A stretch of 64,000 bases of DNA from Euglena gracilis (taxonomy: Eukaryota): contig CP154954.1 of NCBI GenBank assembly GCA_039621445.1, positions 186,001 through 250,000 on the forward strand. The letters run 5' to 3'. Numbering within the stretch: position 1 is the first letter of the stretch; each line of letters opens with the position of its first letter. Below the pieces are notes generated by a model. It ran no database searches. It saw only the letters and a program-made list of their open reading frames with translations, and was not told the DNA's origin. The translations under genes were made by a program, and so were the position numbers. This document shows, one piece after another, positions 59,430 to 64,000 of the stretch.

Positions 59430-60321
59430 AAATAAAAAAATAAATCATTTTTTGAAAACCTCAAACTTCCATATCTCCATTATGCAAAAAAAAAAAAAAA
59501 ATGAAAAAAAAAATTTGCAAACCTTCAATTCGAACTTGCGACCCACTACGATGAAGTAACATAATCACAACGTTACCAATTAAGGATTTTTTTTCTATAA
59601 TAATAATTTTTTTAAAAAAAAATGAGTGTGAAAAATATAAAAATCTTAATTGAAAAAAAAATAATAACAAATAACAACTTTTTAAAAAATATAAAAAAAT
59701 AGATCATTAAAATATATCTTAACTACAATTTCGTTGTAGGTTAAATTTTAAAAAATCCCGAAGTAAATTGCAAGAACTCTGGAATCAAGGAAAAATATAT
59801 AAGCAAAAAAAATAACACAGTTTTGCTTAAAGAAAAAAATAAATTTTCTGAATAAATACATCCTAAAAATCATAAATAAAATGTAAGAAATTGCTTTTTT
59901 TGATGAATAATAAGTTAAAATCCTCAAAACTACCGAATCCTGTCTTAATAAAAACATGCCAATTTTTACCCGGCACTATTGAATGCATAAAAATCTCCCA
60001 TAAATAAAATCACCGAATTTTAGAACAACCCCCCCCTATTTGCAAAAAAAAAAAAAAAATGAAAAAAAAAATTGCAAAACCCAAATTCGAGCTGTCGTAC
60101 TAATTACGATACTGAAATGTAGTTACCACATAGTCTACAAAGCATTTTTTTTTTTCTAAAAAAATAATAAAAAAAATTGACCTATTTTTATATAAAAAAC
60201 CATGTGTTAAGGAAATAATATTACGTATAAAAAACGTAGTGACTACTAATAATTATGTATCAAGTTATTTAATACATAAAAAATTTAATATATTGATATT
60301 TTTCTTTGAAATCGAAAATAG
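59411..60321. repeat. About 910-bp direct repeat, copy 1
   Basis: Near-identical to 60678-61592, differing mostly in homopolymer lengths. Confidence 0.95.
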
Positions 60322-60348
60322 TATGTATTGACATCAGAGGTAATTTTT

Positions 60349-60696
60349 TTATTTTTCTGTTTTTTGCATTTCTATAATAGTATTATCTGTGTATAAGTTA
60401 CGCGGTAACTCAACTCCTTTTTCCTCAAGAAATTTTTCAATAAACTCATAAAATTGCTTTTCTCTTTGCTTAGAATCATATTCATATGATTCGCCATACT
60501 GTTTTCTGCGACGTTTTTCAGCAATTTCGTTTCTCAGAACAACATCTTCCCAACTAAAAAGTTGATCATTAGGTTTTTTTTCATTAAAAATAGGATAATC
60601 ATTTCTTTCTAATTCCTTTTTATCTTCCATTAATTTTTGATAATCCCTTTCGGGAACCATTGAGCACATAAAATAAAACATAATAAAATCTCCCAT
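60349..60696 (-). CDS. Hypothetical 115-aa chimeric ORF sharing its start and an internal segment with the ~350-aa ORF
   Basis: MGDFIM..SMVP start; EDKKELERND...NDQL resembles EEKKELEIND...NDQF. Confidence 0.55.
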   Translation of the reverse strand: MGDFIMFYFMCSMVPERDYQKLMEDKKELERNDYPIFNEKKPNDQLFSWEDVVLRNEIAEKRRRKQYGESYEYDSKQREKQFYEFIEKFLEEKGVELPRNLYTDNTIIEMQKTEK

Positions 60697-61592
60697 AAAT
60701 AAAAAAATAAATCATTTTTTGAAAACCTCAAACTCCCATATCTCCATTATGCAAAAAAAAAAAAAAAATGAAAAAAAAAATTGCAAACCTTCAATTCGAA
60801 CTTGCGACCCACTACGATGAAGTAACATAATCACAACGTTACCAATTAAGGATTTTTTTTTTCTATAATAATAATTTTTTTTAAAAAAAATGAGTGTGAA
60901 AAATATAAAAATCTTAATTGAAAAAAAAAATAATAACAAATAACAACTTTTTAAAAAATATAAAAAAATAGATCATTAAAATATATCTTAACTACAATTT
61001 CGTTGTAGGTTAAATTTTAAAAAATCCCGAAGTAAATTGCAAGAACTCTGGAATCAAGGAAAAATATATAAGCAAAAAAAATAACACAGTTTTGCTTAAA
61101 GAAAAAAATAAATTTTCTGAATAAATACATCCTAAAAATCATAAATAAAATGTAAGAAATTGCTTTTTTTGATGAATAATAAGTTAAAATCCTCAAAACT
61201 ACCGAATCCTGTCTTAATAAAAACATGCCAATTTTTACCCGGCACTATTGAATGCATAAAAATCTCCCATAAATAAAATCACCGAATTTTAGAACAACCC
61301 CCCCTATTTGCAAAAAAAAAAAAAAAATGAAAAAAAAAAATTGCAAAACCCAAATTCGAGCTGTCGTACTAATTACGATACTGAAATGTAGTTACCACAT
61401 AGTCTACAAAGCATTTTTTTTTTTTTAAAAAAATAATAATAAAAAAATTGACCTATTTTTATATAAAAAACCATGTGTTAAAGAAATAATATTACGTATA
61501 AAAAACGTAGTGACTACTAATAATTATGTATCAAGTTATTTAATACATAAAAAATTTAATATATTGATATTTTTCTTTGAAATCGAAAATAG
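60678..61592. repeat. About 910-bp direct repeat, copy 2
   Basis: See copy 1. Confidence 0.95.
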
Positions 61593-61601
61593 AAAGGAAT
61601 A

Positions 61602-62432
61602 TTACTCGGGGGGTAATGCATCCTTATAATAATTAAATGGGATTTCTATAACCTCAACAAATCCATCCCCCACATTACAGTTGGATGAAACTGCTAGATC
61701 TTGTGAAGTAAACATTTTTTCTTCAGGAACAAACGTTCGGCCCAAATTCCCCCCAGGTATTTGACCGGGTGCTGACATTGACTGCCCGTATGGGTAGACA
61801 AATCCTGTTTGCAAAGTCGGATTAAATTGTAACATATCATTGCTAACCGGCTGACCTCTTTTTACGGTTTCAGCAATTGCATATGCATTAGCTACACACA
61901 TACTTAAATAGAAACCAGTTTGCACGATCCTTTTCATCACAATAAATGTTCTTGGAGTTAACCATAAAGTGCTTAATGAACCCTCTAGGTCATAACCCTC
62001 TTCCAATAAAATTTTATCAAAATCAGTTGACCAAAAATCAGGATTGAAAATTGAAAAATCTTCAACTTTGAAACTTTGTTCGATAGAAGGAATATTTACT
62101 GGGTCTTGACTTGACTTTAAATCATCTTCGGAACGATTGTCTTCAGAATTATCATTTTTTTGATCATGATTAAAAGAGAAAAAAGAAGCCAAGATTTTTG
62201 AAGATTCTTTAAGTACACCAAAAAATTTAAATGCAAAATTAAATGCGCAATAACCAGAAAAACTAATTACCATAATTACGGCAATTTTGGAAATAAAATT
62301 CTTACTATAAAATATTTTAATTTTTTTCCAAAACTCCAAAGCCTTCAACGAAGGGTCGTTTTTCAAAATTTCATTTTTAGAAATTTCAACGGACTTGATT
62401 ACTTTTAATGTTCTGTTACCAACTTGAAACAA
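61602..62432 (-). CDS. Hypothetical protein (up to 276 aa) with one or two hydrophobic segments; start uncertain
   Basis: Long open frame, higher GC than its flanks; IAVIMVISFSGYCAFNFAF hydrophobic stretch. Confidence 0.65.
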   Translation of the reverse strand: MFQVGNRTLKVIKSVEISKNEILKNDPSLKALEFWKKIKIFYSKNFISKIAVIMVISFSGYCAFNFAFKFFGVLKESSKILASFFSFNHDQKNDNSEDNRSEDDLKSSQDPVNIPSIEQSFKVEDFSIFNPDFWSTDFDKILLEEGYDLEGSLSTLWLTPRTFIVMKRIVQTGFYLSMCVANAYAIAETVKRGQPVSNDMLQFNPTLQTGFVYPYGQSMSAPGQIPGGNLGRTFVPEEKMFTSQDLAVSSNCNVGDGFVEVIEIPFNYYKDALPPE

Positions 62433-62972
62433 AAATTACAGTAAAGCGCATATTGGATATAATTTTTCGAAATTATCAATAAAGCCAAAAGAAAAACTTT
62501 TGGATCGTTTTTTTTTTTTACTATCCTTAGAAAATTCCTAAGGAAAAAAATTAAATTGTAAAAAGATAAACTAGTATTAACTAACAAATAAATTTTATAA
62601 TAATTTAATAAAAAAAAATACAATAAAATTGCATTGCAGGTAGCCAACGAATATCGATTAATTAAAATAGATTTTACTTTAATTATATAGTTCATAAAAG
62701 AGTGTAAAAAAACAAAATTTCTAAAGAAATACATCGTAAAAATCATAAAATGAATATAAGAAATCGTTTTTTTTTGCTTTTAATTTTCTTTACCTATTTC
62801 TATAAATATATAATAAAAAATAAAAAAATAATAATTCTTAATAAAAATAAAAAAAATACAAAAAAAAAATAGATCATTGAATATATATCAATAACTATAT
62901 TTTAATTGCATTGTAGGTTAAATGCAAAAAATTCCCGAAGTAATTTTGCAAAAAACCCAAGAATCAAGGGTT

Positions 62973-64000
62973 ATGTACTTATATATACCAATGTACTTAT
63001 ATATACTATATATACCAATGTACTTATATATATTAATGTACTTATATATATTATATATACTATATATACCAATGTACTTATATATATTAATGTACTTATA
63101 TATATTATATATACTATATATACCAATGTACTTATATATATTAATGTACTTATATATATTATATATACTATATATACCAATGTACTTATATATATTAATG
63201 TACTTATATATATTATATATACTATATATACCAATGTACTTATATATATTAATGTACTTATATATATTATATATACTATATATACCAATGTACTTATATA
63301 TTAATGTACTTATATATTATATATACTATATATACCAATGTACTTATATATATTAATGTACTTATATATATTATATATACTATATATACCAATGTACTTA
63401 TATATATTAATGTACTTATATATTTTATATACTATATATACCAATGTACTTATATATATTAATGTACTTATATATATTATATATACTATATATACCAATG
63501 TACTTATATATATTAATGTACTTATATATATTATATATACTATATATACCAATGTACTTATATATATTAATGTACTTATATATATTATATATACTATATA
63601 TACCAATGTACTTATATATATTAATGTACTTATATATATTATATATACTATATATACCAATGTACTTATATATATTAATGTACTTATATATATTATATAT
63701 ACTATATATACCAATGTACTTATATATATTAATGTACTTATATATATTATATATACTATATATACCAATGTACTTATATATATTAATGTACTTATATATA
63801 TTATATATACTATATATACCAATGTACTTATATATATTAATGTACTTATATATATTATATATACTATATATACCACTGTAACTTATATATATTAATGTAC
63901 GTATATAGATTATATATACTAATATATAACCAATGTACTTCTATATATTCTAATGTACTTATATATATTATCTATACTGCTCTATAGGCAATGTACTTAT
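62973..64000. repeat. 54-bp variable-number tandem repeat, about 19 units, running to the window end
   Basis: Unit ccaatgtacttatatatattaatgtacttatatatattatatatactatatata; matches the VNTR known in E. gracilis plastid DNA near the replication origin. Confidence 0.97.

Noticed and set aside
62906-63895. Repetitive Y/I/L ORFs, and a CRISPR interpretation of the array
   Set aside because: The ORFs are translations of the 54-bp VNTR; there are no unique spacers and no cas genes.
63870-64000. Degenerate final VNTR units
   Set aside because: Could be natural edge decay or low-quality sequence; not interpretable at the window boundary.

Overview
AT-rich euglenoid chloroplast DNA whose gene content, intron density, tandem rRNA operons and 54-bp VNTR point to Euglena gracilis. 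Core genes, mostly on the minus strand: rbcL (5' part), atpE, atpB, petB, psbN, psbH, psbT, psbB, a six-tRNA cluster, rps4, rps11, four more tRNAs, rpoC2, rpoC1, rpoB, three tandem rRNA operons and the VNTR. Main hunt result: two intron-free accessory regions (about 4.6-10.0 kb and 57.1-59.4 kb) appear to be decayed copies of one rolling-circle (CRESS/plasmid-like) element. It carries a geminivirus-type HUH Rep (motifs FLTYS / PHVH / YLTK, degenerate SF3 helicase, one in-frame TAG), a frameshifted Rep paralogue, and two further ORF families resembling inactivated Rep-fold proteins. The two copies have circularly permuted gene order, hairpin-rich spacers occur in the first, and several ORFs have GGGAG ribosome-binding sites complementary to this plastid's atypical 16S 3' end. 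Lesions also seen: a 5-nt duplication frameshifting psbB, a ~2 kb poly-A tract inside rpoB (probably an artefact), and a 9-nt deletion in the third 16S gene. All family assignments come from manual translation and motif recognition, not database searches; exon boundaries are approximate.
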